A DNA stretch of 64,000 nt from Chloropicon primus (taxonomy: Eukaryota). The position numbers were made by a program, and so were the translations under genes. The notes beneath the pieces were generated by a model. The model saw only the letters and a program-made list of their open reading frames with translations. It was not told the DNA's origin and searched no databases. The stretch spans positions 62,001-126,000 of the forward strand of contig CP060756.1 in the NCBI GenBank assembly GCA_023205875.1. Direction: 5' to 3'. This document shows positions 22,772 through 38,971 of this stretch, in pieces. Position 1 is the first letter of the stretch. Every line of letters starts with the position of its first letter.

Positions 22772-23863
22772 ATGAGAGGCGTGTGGACCAAGGCTGTGAA
22801 GTTGTTTCATGCCTCCTCGAGGCATGGAATACGGGTAACGCACAACTTGCCTGCGCTCGGGACGGTGCAAGGGAAAACGACGACGTGGACCTTGGAGACC
22901 CTGACGACGAGCTTGGAGAGGAAGGAGGGGGCGTGGACAGGATTCGCGGCGGCGGGGAAGGGGAAGGGGTCGACGGGGGTGGGAAGGGGCGCGAAGGGTC
23001 TGTCGTCCCTGGTGCTCGCGGCCGCGGGGGCGCAGTACGCGGCAGTCCAGGCCGAGACCGAGGATGTCGTGCCTGCCGAGCCTGTCCTGCAGGAAATCCC
23101 CGCCGAACCGATCGTCGTCTACCAGTACGAGGTCTGCCCCTTCTGCAACAAGCTTCGGGCGTTCTTGGACTACCACAACATCCCGTACAAGGTCGTGGAG
23201 GTGAATCCCTTGACCAAGGCGGAGATAAAGGGGATGAAGAAGAACGACGGGAAGCTGAAGGTTCCTATCGTGGGCCTCGAGGGCAGGGAGAAGGTCGCCT
23301 CGGAGCAGATTGTGGACAGCGACAACATCATCGACGAGTTTCAGAGGCTCTTGGGCGGGGACTCGAAGAAGTCTTGGTTCGGGGGCGGCAAGAGCAAGGC
23401 GGAGGAGGAGGACGTCGCCAGGTGGAGGACCTGGGTCAACGAGAGGTTTGTTCACATCCTGACCGTGAACATCTACAGAAGCGTGGAGGAGTCGTTCGAG
23501 ACTTTCGACTACATCTCGGATCAGGGGAACTTTGGATTCTTCGCCAGAGAGGCGGCTAGGTACGGGGGGGCGGGAATCATGTACGTGGTGTCGAAGAACA
23601 TCAAGAAGAAGAGAGACTTGCCGGGGGAGGAGAGGGCCCACCTCTACGAGGCCGCAAAGTTGTGGATGGACGGCATGAACGGAATGGATTTTCACGGGGG
23701 AAAGAAGCCGGATTTGGCCGACCTTTCGGTCTACGGGGTGATCAGAGCCGTCGAGGGCTTCCAGTCTTTCAAGGACATGCTCGCCAACACAAACATCGGG
23801 CCTTGGTACTTCCGAGTCAAGGAGGCCATCGGCACCTCTGCGAGGACCAACCCTGTTGTGTGA
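22772..23863 (+). CDS. PTGES2: Prostaglandin E synthase 2-like GST/glutaredoxin protein
   Basis: YQYEVCPFCNK, VVEVNP, DSDNII, NIYRS..ES, PDLADLSVYG. Confidence 0.88.
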   Translation: MRGVWTKAVKLFHASSRHGIRVTHNLPALGTVQGKTTTWTLETLTTSLERKEGAWTGFAAAGKGKGSTGVGRGAKGLSSLVLAAAGAQYAAVQAETEDVVPAEPVLQEIPAEPIVVYQYEVCPFCNKLRAFLDYHNIPYKVVEVNPLTKAEIKGMKKNDGKLKVPIVGLEGREKVASEQIVDSDNIIDEFQRLLGGDSKKSWFGGGKSKAEEEDVARWRTWVNERFVHILTVNIYRSVEESFETFDYISDQGNFGFFAREAARYGGAGIMYVVSKNIKKKRDLPGEERAHLYEAAKLWMDGMNGMDFHGGKKPDLADLSVYGVIRAVEGFQSFKDMLANTNIGPWYFRVKEAIGTSARTNPVV

Positions 23864-24037
23864 GGAGCCGGACCGCTTCTTAAGATTATTACGTTATTTA
23901 TCGCGTCTTGATTCGATTCTTTTGCTTGATTTTATTTCTTTGTGTGATTATTACATCCCTGGCGTGAGTGAGGGATGCCTCCTCGATCGACCACCCTCTT
24001 CACCGTCTCCATCCTCTGTCGCCGCGGAAGAGATGAC

Positions 24038-24042
24038 GCTGG

Positions 24043-24076
<34 letters not shown>

Positions 24077-24547
24077 ATTGGTGATGCTGCTGCTGCTGCT
24101 GTTGTGCTGTTGTGCTGCTGCTGCTGATGATGATGATGTTGGTGATGTTGGTACTATTGGTGATGATGATGATGCTATTGGTGATGTTGCTTATGTTGGT
24201 GCTGCTGTTGCTGTTGTGCTGTTGCTGCTGCTGCTGATGATGATGTTGGTGATGCTGCTGCTGCTGTTGTGCTGTTGCTGCTGCTGCTGATGATGATGTT
24301 GGTGATGCTGCTGCTGCTGTTGTGCTGCTGCTGCTGCTGCTGCTGATGTTGGTGATGCTGCTGCTGCTGTTGTGCTGTTGCTGCTGATGATGATGATGTT
24401 GGTGATGCTGCTGCTGCTGTTGTGCTGTTGCTGCTGATGATGATGATGATGTTGGTGATGCTGCTGCTGCTGTTGTGCTGCTGCTGCTGCTGATGATGAT
24501 GATGTTGGTGATGCTGGTGCTATTGGTGATGTTTGGTGATGTTTGAT
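24038..24547. repeat. Composite GCT/GAT/GTT trinucleotide minisatellite with a roughly 50-60-bp higher-order unit
   Basis: Recurrent (GAT)nGTTGGTGAT(GCT)nGTTGTGCTG blocks. Confidence 0.9.
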
Positions 24548-25311
24548 GTCCCGATCTCCATGTCGCGTCGTGGAGACCGCCCCCGCGCCAGTTCAAACCC
24601 CTCGTCTCCTGCGTCGTGTGTTGGATTTGGATTTAAAATCACAGCACCTGTTCTCTACACCGCCATTTTTCCTCCCTGTGGTTTATGTCTCGTCTCTTGG
24701 TTCTCCAAGATCCCACCTTTGCCCCTTTTCCTTAATCCAATCCAAGACAGACACACCCAACCCAAAAGACGAAGCCCCAAAGGCACTCCTAGGTTTTGTC
24801 TTCCCGACCGGAGACGACGCAGCGAGCAGACACAGAAGCGACGAGACAAGCGACGAGACAAGCGACGAGACAGCGAGGGCAAAGACTCTGGCGCCTTCGT
24901 ACTTTCAACCTCTACTTTACTCTTACCACACCACAAGACAAAGACTTGGTTGCGTCTACGCACGCATAAGCATTGAAGAACAAACGTAACGTAAGTGAAC
25001 ACACACACACACACACACGGAGGGGTGGACACACGCAGGGCGGGAGCGCGAGAATAGGACGATCGATCGAACGAGGGAGAGACCCTGCCTGGCTGGAGGA
25101 GAAACCAAGTTCGCACCTTGGGGGGCAAGGGGAGGTGCCTCTTGAGGACCTCGAACTTGGCACCAAGTACCAAGAACGTCGAAAGGCCGGTTGGCGGAAG
25201 CTGCCGCGGACTTTGCGTGGGTCCGTCTTGTTCCCTCGAGGCCTCGAAAGATCTAGGAGCGTGTTCAAAACTGACAGACCATTGGGTCTTGTTTCTTTCG
25301 TCCCAGTTTGA

Positions 25312-26029
<718 letters not shown>

Positions 26030-26249
26030 GGAAGGGGAACGCAAGGAATCTTTCGAGGAAGGCCTGGCCAGAACATCAAATGAAAACGCTTGTAAATTGA
26101 AGTTTATCCGAACAAAAAAAAATATACGGCTTGGACGGCGACGACGTCATCGCGGAACACACGCGCGCGTGGATCTCCAAAGAGGGGTGTGGTATACCTA
26201 TATATTACAGAAGGGTTCGCAGACACGGACCCGGTGCCCGCAAAAAAAC

Positions 26250-29932
<3,683 letters not shown>

Positions 29933-30044
29933 CCTTGAGGAGATAATGAGAAGAAGATACCTTTTCTCTCTAGAATTTTTCATTGAAAAAGAAAAAGAGT
30001 TGATAGACTTACACAAAATGCGAAAACACACATTGAGAAACCTT

Positions 30045-32633
30045 TTAGACGTGCAATTGGGTCTTGATGATGCCAATCGACTTCTTAATCTCCCGATAGA
30101 GCGCACTATTCTTCTCCGACTTGGGTTTCAGGTGCAGCAAAATTTGGTCTACGGCGAGACTAACCGCCTCCGAGGGAAGCGACCGGTCGGCACAAATTTG
30201 GAGCGTCGTCATCAAGTGCACGCAGCTGGAAATAAGCTCCCTCACCTTCTTCTCGTCTTCCTTCGGCTGCTGGCCCTTCCCGCGACTTCCCTTCTTCTTG
30301 ACGGCTTTCAGCTTGGCGTTTCCAATCTTCTGGGCTTCCGCGACGATGCTCTTTGCGTGCTGCACAACGTCGCTGTTGCTCAGTTTCTGCATCTGAAGCA
30401 AAGGAGACTGGAACTGCTGCGAGGGGTTCTGCACGAACACCTGCGAAACGAGTCGGTACTGGCTCACAGAGACCCTCTGCTGAAGCCGCACCAGGGCTGA
30501 CTTGAGCCTGTCATTGCACTCTCGCAGGTTTCTTACCTGCAGAGCGTAGTTCTGCTGGAATTGCTTGGAGGTGCACCCATTCTCGTCCAAGTGCAGATTT
30601 CCTTCTGCCTCGTCGTTCATCTGCTTCAGCTCGCCAAGGAGCCGCTGCTTCAGGTCCAAGAGGTGGTCGACCTGAGCAAGGGACCGCATGTCCATCTCCC
30701 TCGAGTCGAGCTGGTTCGTCGGGGTGTACGACACGATTGGCTCGACCTCCGCAATGGCCGAGATCCCTTGCCTCCGCGGGGTGAACATGGCCGGCTCGGA
30801 CACGTTCAGTGGTTCCAGCTTCGGCTTCCGTATTGGTACAAGGGGTGTCGTCTCTGTGCTCGTCCGGGCCATGATGTGGACGTCCTCGAGCTGCTGGACA
30901 CCAAGCTCCTGCCGGTCAAACTGCACGCGGTACTTGCTATTCGAGTGGTCTACCGTCAAGATAGAACCGTCGTGGATCTGCCCCGTTGCTGGGTGACGTG
31001 CCGTCACGCGTTGGCCCACGATGAGCGGACGGGGCAGGTCCGAAGGGATCTCGGATGGATCCTTTTCCTTGAACTGCTTGCGCACGCCGGCTCTGTACGC
31101 TTCGAGCTCTGCCCTTTCCTCGTGCAAGAACTGCAGCGAGAGCCTCCTGGGCTTGCCCAGAGACCTTCTTATCATTGCCCACTCCGTCCTCTGCAGGGTC
31201 TTGCACTTGCTGCCGATTCCGGCGTGATCCAAGAAGTCCTTGAACGTGTTCTTCTCGAACCAAAGCTTGTCTATGGCGCTGTAGAACCACTCGTAGTAGC
31301 ACCACCTCCTCATGGAGGGACACAAGCAGTTCTGAATCTTGTTCAAAACGGTTCCTGGCGGGGCGTGAATCTTCTCCCCCCAGCCCAGGAGCCCATCCAG
31401 AGAGCTCTGCAGCTTGAGCTGCCTCTCCAGGACCTTGGCGTTCGGAGAGGAGGCGCCCTTGAACGCCGAGAACCGCTTGTGCAACTTCATCAAGGGAGAA
31501 AGAGGACCAAGGTACCTCCTGTGATCGGGCTTCCTTCTGTTCCTTGGCTTCACCTGCGGGCCCAAGCCCGAGAGCTCCTTCAGGGGCTGCGTCCTGAGGC
31601 TGTCCATGAGACTCTTGTGCTGCTTCTTGGGCGTGGACTTTGGAGTGGAGGCCCTGCTGCCCTTGCCCTTCTTCTGCGGCTTGCCCGAGGAATCGTTGCT
31701 GGTGGTCGCCAACCCAAGCAGCGCAGAGGCTGCCGTCGCGTCGTCCGCAAAGAGCCTCTTCCGCGGCTTGGGAGACTGGCCACCCCGGCCCGCCTTGGTG
31801 CCCACCGCGTTCTGCTCGAGCTTCGACTGGGGGGTCCCCGGGTTCGACCGGCTCACACTGGCGGCCTGGGCCAACGTTTCGATGACGTTGGACATGAGCA
31901 CGTCTGGCGACTTTGCTTTCGGCTTCTCCTTTTCTGGCGACACCGCCGGCCTGACCTGCTGCGCAGGCCTCTTCTTCCGGTCAGACCTCTTCCCTGACGA
32001 AGCCCAGGCCTTTAGGTTGCCCTCCACTGGTTCTCCCTCCTTCCCGCCCTCCCCTTCTTGCACGAACGGAGCGATCGTCTTTTCCTTCGCCGGTGTCCCG
32101 TTCACTTCGGCCGAGGCCCTCCCGCCGTTCAGCTTGGCGGAGTAAGCCTGCAGGAGGCCCCCCGCGGAGGTGTCCTGCTTCTTGAGGTACTCCTCGTTCA
32201 AGTCGTAGAAGCCCCGAACCTCCTCCTCGGTCCTCGCGTGCTTCAACTTGTCGCACACTTGCTTCCACTCCTCCTCGCCGTGCTCCTTGAAAGCGTTGAA
32301 AAAGTCGCTCACCTCCCCGTCCTCCCAGACCCGTCGGCTGTCCCAGCCGGAGTGGTCGGCCCCGTGGCCGTTCCTCTCCCCTTCACCGCCCTCGTGAAGC
32401 CCGTTCCCGTTCCCGTTCCCGTTCTCGTTCTCCACTCCGTCCTCCGCCAGGTCCTGCACCATGGCGGTGGCGGTGGTGGCCTTCTTCAGGTCCTCCACGT
32501 CCTTGGCGATTTCAACTCCCTCTCGCTTCAGGTCCCCCCCCTCCTCCTCGTCCACCTCCATGGCCTCGTTCGCCAGGTCTGGAAGAGCTTTGGCGAAATC
32601 GAGGAGGTCATTCCCCTCCTCCTCTTCCGTCAT
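30045..32633 (-). CDS. ALY: ALWAYS EARLY/LIN-9 (DREAM complex; SANT, DIRP and Tudor-like domains)
   Basis: RWCYYEWFYSAIDKLWF, EWAMIRRSLGKPRRLS, PLIVGQRVTARHP. Confidence 0.9.
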   Translation of the reverse strand: MTEEEEGNDLLDFAKALPDLANEAMEVDEEEGGDLKREGVEIAKDVEDLKKATTATAMVQDLAEDGVENENGNGNGNGLHEGGEGERNGHGADHSGWDSRRVWEDGEVSDFFNAFKEHGEEEWKQVCDKLKHARTEEEVRGFYDLNEEYLKKQDTSAGGLLQAYSAKLNGGRASAEVNGTPAKEKTIAPFVQEGEGGKEGEPVEGNLKAWASSGKRSDRKKRPAQQVRPAVSPEKEKPKAKSPDVLMSNVIETLAQAASVSRSNPGTPQSKLEQNAVGTKAGRGGQSPKPRKRLFADDATAASALLGLATTSNDSSGKPQKKGKGSRASTPKSTPKKQHKSLMDSLRTQPLKELSGLGPQVKPRNRRKPDHRRYLGPLSPLMKLHKRFSAFKGASSPNAKVLERQLKLQSSLDGLLGWGEKIHAPPGTVLNKIQNCLCPSMRRWCYYEWFYSAIDKLWFEKNTFKDFLDHAGIGSKCKTLQRTEWAMIRRSLGKPRRLSLQFLHEERAELEAYRAGVRKQFKEKDPSEIPSDLPRPLIVGQRVTARHPATGQIHDGSILTVDHSNSKYRVQFDRQELGVQQLEDVHIMARTSTETTPLVPIRKPKLEPLNVSEPAMFTPRRQGISAIAEVEPIVSYTPTNQLDSREMDMRSLAQVDHLLDLKQRLLGELKQMNDEAEGNLHLDENGCTSKQFQQNYALQVRNLRECNDRLKSALVRLQQRVSVSQYRLVSQVFVQNPSQQFQSPLLQMQKLSNSDVVQHAKSIVAEAQKIGNAKLKAVKKKGSRGKGQQPKEDEKKVRELISSCVHLMTTLQICADRSLPSEAVSLAVDQILLHLKPKSEKNSALYREIKKSIGIIKTQLHV

Positions 32634-33593
32634 CTCTTCTGCCTCGGATCAAGCCCAAACTTTCTTTCCGCCCCACACGCCACGCCACGCACGACGTCGA
32701 CGATTGACACAGAGAGAGAGAGAGAGACAAGTCCTTCCTGGTGTCAATCCAATCCACTCCCCCTCCACGCCAACCCCCCCCACACACACCACACCCAGCG
32801 TGCGGTTCCCGTCCCCCTGTCCCTTATCCTCCGTCCCCGTCCCCCCTCCCTCTTGCTCCTCCCCTCGGCGTCCCTCCCGTCCCTCCCGTCGCGTCGCGTC
32901 GTTTGGTTTGCTTCGGTTCAGTTCGGTTTGGTTTGGTGTGGTGTGTGTTCCTCGTCCTCGTCCTCGTCCTCGTCGTCGTCCTCGTCGTCGTTCTGTCTCC
33001 TGTCCCCTCTCCGCCTTTCCCTCCCTCCGCCCGGTGCGTCGTCCGGGTGAGTGACAGATAAAACCAAACCTCACGTCCCTCGCGTCGCGCCTTCTTCTTC
33101 TTGTTCTTCTTCTTGTTCTTCTTCTTCTTCTTGTTCTTCTTCTTGTTGGAGAGAAGGGAACAAGAACACCTTGGGGTGCCGGCTCTCTCCTTGTCCTCTT
33201 TTCTTTTCTTGGGCCCTCCGGAGGGCGTCTCGGTCTCTCTCTCTTGGGTTTGAATAAGGAAAACCCCTCCTCCATTCGAACCCCCGCAACGGTCGGTCGA
33301 CGAGAGAGGGGACCGAGGAGGGACGGCCGAGCCGAGGAGGGAGCCCAGGACAGGAGGGGCGACATGGAACATGGAACATGGAACATGCAACGCGCTTGGG
33401 AGGAGGGGAGGGGAGGGGTTCACGAGAACTTGAAGGGGAAATACAGAGTTCAACTCCGGGTTGGGGGGAACGGAGAGGGACCACGAGGCAGAACTGCACG
33501 TCCGTTACGCCTCTTTTGCTTTGGTCTTGCCCAAGATGTTTGCATAATAATACGATTTATTGCTTTCTTAGATTATGGCGGCGGGGACTCCTC

Positions 33594-34849
33594 TTACTCG
33601 AGGCCGAGCTCCTTGATCTTGGCCTCGATGAGGGGGACGTCCTCGGGCTCGTCCACGCCGTGGGCGCAGTGGTTCACCATGATGACCTTGATCTTGTAAC
33701 CGTGCTCGATCACCTTGAGCTGCTCGAGGTCTTCCGTGAGCTGCGACGAGCGAATGAGCGCAAGCAATTCAAGGAGAGAGAGAGAGGCGAAAAGAGTTTG
33801 TTCATGGGTCAGCCATCGTCGCAACACGATCCGGAGACAGAACCAAAAGAGGAGGCGGACGTACCATGAGCGGAGTGGCAGGAAGGCTGTTGTAAATCCT
33901 CAAAAAGTTCCTGTCGTAGCACTGGAGCCCCAAGTGAAGCAAGTAGGGCTTGTCTTGGAAGGGTTCTGGGAAGTTCTTGATCTCCCCCTTCTTGTTGTGA
34001 GGGATCACACCCCTCGAGAAGTAGATGGCATACCCCTGCTGATCCGTGATGCACTTCACTCTCTGCCTCAGCTCCACCTCGTCGTGCTTCAGGGGGGTGC
34101 AGGGGGTGCTGAAAAAGAAAGGAGACCGCCAAGTAGTCAGATCGCGCCGTCGTCGGCGTCGTAGAGAGAGGGAGAGAGAGAGAGGTCGTGAGGAGGGACG
34201 ACTCACCTGTAGACCGCGTCCGGAGAGTTCTTCAGGGTCTCCGCGACCTCGTCGATGATCTCGGGCTCGATCAAAGGCTCGTCACCTTGAATGTTCACAA
34301 CAATGTCGTAAGACTCCTTGAGCTTGGAAACCGCTTCGTTGCACCTCTCGGTCCCGTTCGGGCAGTCCACGCTGGTCATGACCACCTCGGCTCCATGCTC
34401 CTTGCACACTTTGGCGATCCTGTCGTCGTCCGTCGCGACGATCACCCTGTCGAGCTGCGTGGCCTTCTTGGCCTGCTCGTAGGTCCTCACGATCATCGGC
34501 TTGCCCAAGATGGGGGTCAGGGGCTTTCCAGGGAAGCGAGTCGACGCGTACCGTGCCGGTATCACTCCAATCTTCAATGCGAGCGAGTCAGCCGCAACAA
34601 AAGCGAGTCAGCCGCAACAAAGGCAAGACCGGACAGAAACAGCTTCAAGTGTCAGTGCACGAAAATGAGTCTCAAAGGTGTCGGTTCCCGGACCGTCACC
34701 CCGAAACCTAGCCGAGGTTTCCACTCGGTCCCCCTCTTCATTCCTTCACTTACGACTTTAGTCCTCTTCTTCTTTCCAAAGAACTTGTCCTTGAGAAAGA
34801 ATGCAGCCGTTGCCGCGGACGACACGATCGCGGTCACCACCAACTTCAT
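33594..34849 (-). CDS. kdsB: CMP-Kdo synthetase (exons 34754-34849, 34207-34571, 33865-34108, 33594-33740)
   Basis: [42 protein letters not shown]; all introns GT-AG and in frame. Confidence 0.93.
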
Positions 34850-35238
34850 GATGGTCTTCTCCAGATGCCTTTGCCTTTGCCTTTGTGACGTCCTCACTCG
34901 CTCGCTCGTCGTCGGTACCAAGGGATCAATCCCGTCCGCTCAAGGTCTGCGGCAGCTGCTGCTGGTTTACTTTACGATGAAGGTACGCGAGGCCAGCGCG
35001 ATCAGCACAGAGGAAGGGGAAGGGGAAGGGGAGGACAAAAGATGACAAAAGGTGGCTTGAGGATGAACTTGGGGACGAGAACATGGAGACAGGCGTGAGC
35101 TTGACAATCGGATGTAACCACGACACCGGCACGGTGGAGGTTGCGAGGAGAGGAGCCTCGCCAGGAACCGTACCAGGGCCAGGGCCACCCCAGGAACCAG
35201 GAGGGGAACAACGGCAAAGGCAGGAAGAGGAGGGGAAG

Positions 35239-38200
35239 ATGAAGGGGAGGACGGTCCCGTGGGGGGGACGAAGGCGCCTTGGAGGGAGATCTAGCACATT
35301 CACGCGCGCGGTGTTGGTCCTGGCTTGCCTCTTGGTGGTCGTGAGCCCGGGGCAGGCCGTCGAAGGGGGGGAAGGGGAGGGGAGGGACGCGCTCAGGACT
35401 CAAGCACCGCCTCCAGCGCGAGCGTTGAAGCCTCAGAAGGCCCTCTCCGCGCCAACCCGCGTCGAAGGGACGGTGGGCGCGTGGTCGGATGAACTGGAGG
35501 TAAAATTCTCCCCGAGCAACGCGTGCAGGGTGAACTTCAAGGTGACTGGATTTGGCAACGCGAAACCGGAGGATGTCACCTTCGAACCGCCTTTCCTCGT
35601 CTTCGATGGAGACGTGGAGACCAGGACCTTCAAGGTGAAGAGCTCGGGGCTGGGATGGTACTCAGTCATTTACGAATTCGAGAGCGACCACGCGTTTCCA
35701 TTCGATGGTGTGAGGACGACGGTTCTGCAGGTCTTGGATAAGGCCCGAGTGTCCCTGGTTCAGCCAGGGAATTCCCAGCTCGTTCTGGGGTCCACCTCCC
35801 CGTTTTACAAGCTAAGCCTGACAAAGAATCTGAACGTGAAAGTGGTCCCCGTGGCCGAGGAACTCGTTTTCGAGCCTCGCGAGCTCTCGTTCTCGCGTTC
35901 GGCATCGCTGGCTCCTCAAGTCCAAGAGTTCAGGGTTCGAGTCCCAGGAACGTTGCCAGAGAAGCTTCGCGCGAGCGGGGACATTCACAAGTTCGAGGTG
36001 CCAGTGAACCTGGTGCTGCAGTGCAACGAGGGGGAGGAGGACGCGGCGTGTGATGTGGCCCGCTTGCACGAACCAGTGGAGTTTCTGTGGCAGATCTTGG
36101 ATTTGAACGAGCTCCGCGTGGAAGAGAAGATCGTTGGACCAATCACTGGCATACGCTTGCCCTTGTCGCTTAAGTTTCCTCAGGAAGCAATTGTCGAAAT
36201 TTACTCCAGGGAACTCGTGTTGAGCAAAAACAGGTTGGTGATCAGCAAGGAGGACGTAGGAGTGAACACTGAGCTCAGGGTGGTCGGGAGAAGGGGCACG
36301 AAGAGATCTTGCAGCGCAGCGGAGCCTTGCGTCATTCAGTATGCCGTGAAAGATGTCCAGGGTAGACTCAGCCCCAACTTTGCTCAGGGGGCAACGACAA
36401 ATTCCGGTTTTCACGGAAGCACGATCGTCCACGTCGTCGACAAACTCGAGCTGGACACGCCCAATTCCACCGTGGCCTTTGTGAATCAAACCATCGACTT
36501 GACCTTCACGTGGCGCACTGCTGTCCCTAGCGACATGGCACATCATCAGCTGGAGAACGTGGACCGCGCAAAAGGAATCGCAGGGGGAGAGAGCCTTTTC
36601 GAGATTCATTGCCTGGCCTCACCGGACGTCATGGTCGAGCCAAGCGTCCTGGTGGTCTCTGACTTGAGTCAAACGCTTGGTTTCAACATCACGCCGACGA
36701 GAGAAGGGAAGTTCGAGGTCAAGTTCAACTTGGGGGAGGGACGGTTCCAGAACCTCGTTGAGTTCAAGCCAGAACCCGTGGTGTCGATCATCGTGTACGA
36801 CTCCTTCCACGCCGAGGACTTCTCATTCGAAACAAAATACGGTTTAGGAGGGTTGGACACCGAGCTCAACATGATCCTGAGAAGGGCTTTATTCTCGCGC
36901 ATGGCCACGAAGGAGACAGCGGAGGCCCTTGGGGTTAAGCCTGTCAAGGTAAGCCAGCAACGCTTCATCACCTTTCCTTCTGTTCGTTTTTCTTGGGAAC
37001 TTATCTAATTGTGCATTTCCACTCGCTTGTGTTGCATCTTCCGGAAACCTGCAGGGCATCCTGCTTTTCGGCCCGCCGGGCTGCGGAAAGACGACGGTGG
37101 CGAGGCAGATAGGAAGAATGCTCTTGACACAGGAACCCAAGGTGGTCAATGGTCCAGAAATAATCAGCAAATACCTCGGCGAAAGCGAGAACCAAGTTCG
37201 TTCCCTGTTCGCTGACGCTGAACTCGATCAGAATGAGCGAAACGTTCACCTCATCGTCTTTGATGAGATTGATGCTCTCGTGAAGCCGCGCGGCCGGGGT
37301 CAAGGAGAAGCGGCGGATCAAGTGTACGACGGAATAGTCAATACCATCTTGAGCAAAATGGATGGTATCCATAGACTGGACAACGTCCTCGTCGTGGGCA
37401 CGACCAACCGGAGGGATCTTATCGACCCAGCTCTGCTGAGACCGGGTCGGTTCGACGTTCAGGTGAACATCAAAATCCCTGATGAAGAGGGAAGGCTTCA
37501 GATCTTCCGCATCCACACGAAGAGGATGTTCACGTCGAACTTGGTCAGCAAGGACGTGGATTTGGTGAAGCTGGCCAAAATGGCACGAGCCTTCACGGGG
37601 GCGGAGATCGAAGGCGTCGTGAAATCAGCTGCCTCTTTGGCGGTGGAAGACGCTTTCAAAGCCAGTGATTCCAGTGCCACGACAATCGATCGAAACCGAA
37701 TTCAGCTGACTCAGGAGCACTTCGAGAAGGCGCTCAAAGACATCGAGCCCGCGAACATAGACTCCAAGGATGCTCTGGAGCAGCTGTACAGCGGCGATCT
37801 GTTCAAGTTTTCTCCAGAAATGGTTGAAGCGATTTCTCGATTCTCTCAGTCCCTTGAGTACGTCTGCGCCGACTCGGGTGGGGATGAGTCCGAGAGAAGT
37901 CACAAGGCTATCAGCATCCTCGTGCATGGGGCACCGGGGACTGGGAAAACGTCTTTCGTCTCCAGCATTCTGAGGGACAAGTACATCGACAACATCGCAA
38001 TGCTGGAAGTCCTGTCCGCGGAACTCCTCCTTCAAGAAAGCAAGAGCTCCGTGGAGCGGAAGATTCGGATCTTTGGAGATGCGTTTCGGTCCATCCTGTC
38101 CAACAAGAGCGGGGTCGGTGTCCTTGTCTTGGACGACTTGGAGGGGATCATTGAGCACGTCGACACGCAAGCCGGTTCGTACATCAATTCTAACATCTTT

Positions 38201-38590
38201 TCCCAACTCAGGATACTGATGCGGAGCAAGATGCACAGCGACGTCATCATCGTGGCGACCGCGTCGACGCAATCGATCATGAAGTTCGACCAGCTCCTCG
38301 ACTTGTTCGACGTGGAGATCGAGTTGCCCCTGGTGCAGTCCAGAGCTGAGATCAAGACGCTCCTGGCTTTGGCAGACATGAGCTCGCAGACGGACTATTC
38401 CGCAATCGAGGACTTCCTCCCTCTCCCCATCAAGAGGGTGATCAAGTTCCTGGACCTGGAGGCTTCTGGCAACGGGGACCTCCTCCCTTCCGCCGGACTA
38501 GCGCCTTCCCGTTACGGCGAGGAGGCCGACATCGGGATGGTCGATGTCATCGCCAACAACAACACGATGCTGAAAATATTCATGATCTAA
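35239..38590 (+). CDS. NSF/Sec18-like AAA+ ATPase with signal peptide and novel N-terminal domain (intron 36949-37054)
   Basis: GLGGLDTE..RRALFSR..GVKPVK|GILLFGPPGCGKT..EPKVVNGPEIISKYLGESE; second module GAPGTGKT / LDDLE. Start 35083 or 35239. Confidence 0.85.
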
Positions 38591-38756
38591 AAGCAGCAGC
38601 AATGCGCATTGCTCTTTCATCCAATTCATAACCATAATCAATCCCATGCTGTATCTATAAAAACTGTAAGTCATCCACCAGTAGCACTAGTGCTTCGAGT
38701 TCCATCGCCATCCGCCTCCATCTCATCGCGGACATCTGAGGACGAGGAGTTTCACG

Positions 38757-38936
38757 ATGGACAAAATGATGGAGGTGGAGGTCGAGGCAACGAACGGGTC
38801 GAGTTACCCACACGGACTCCTGGAATCGGCGGACGTGGAGGTACGTGGGATCGCCTCAATCTACTGCGCACTTGTCCTTTCGCGCGATCTCCTCCGTCCC
38901 TTCCCTTGAAGGACGACACGCGCGCGCGCGCGCGCA

Positions 38937-38971
<35 letters not shown>

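Noticed and set aside
24038..24547. Possible CRISPR-like array
   Set aside because: No unique spacers; low-complexity units; no cas genes
23856..24596. Poly-Leu and poly-Gln/His/Ser ORFs
   Set aside because: By-products of the trinucleotide minisatellite; no convincing start or domain
32649..33499. Arg-rich ORFs between ALY and kdsB
   Set aside because: Derived from simple repeats in UTR or promoter DNA
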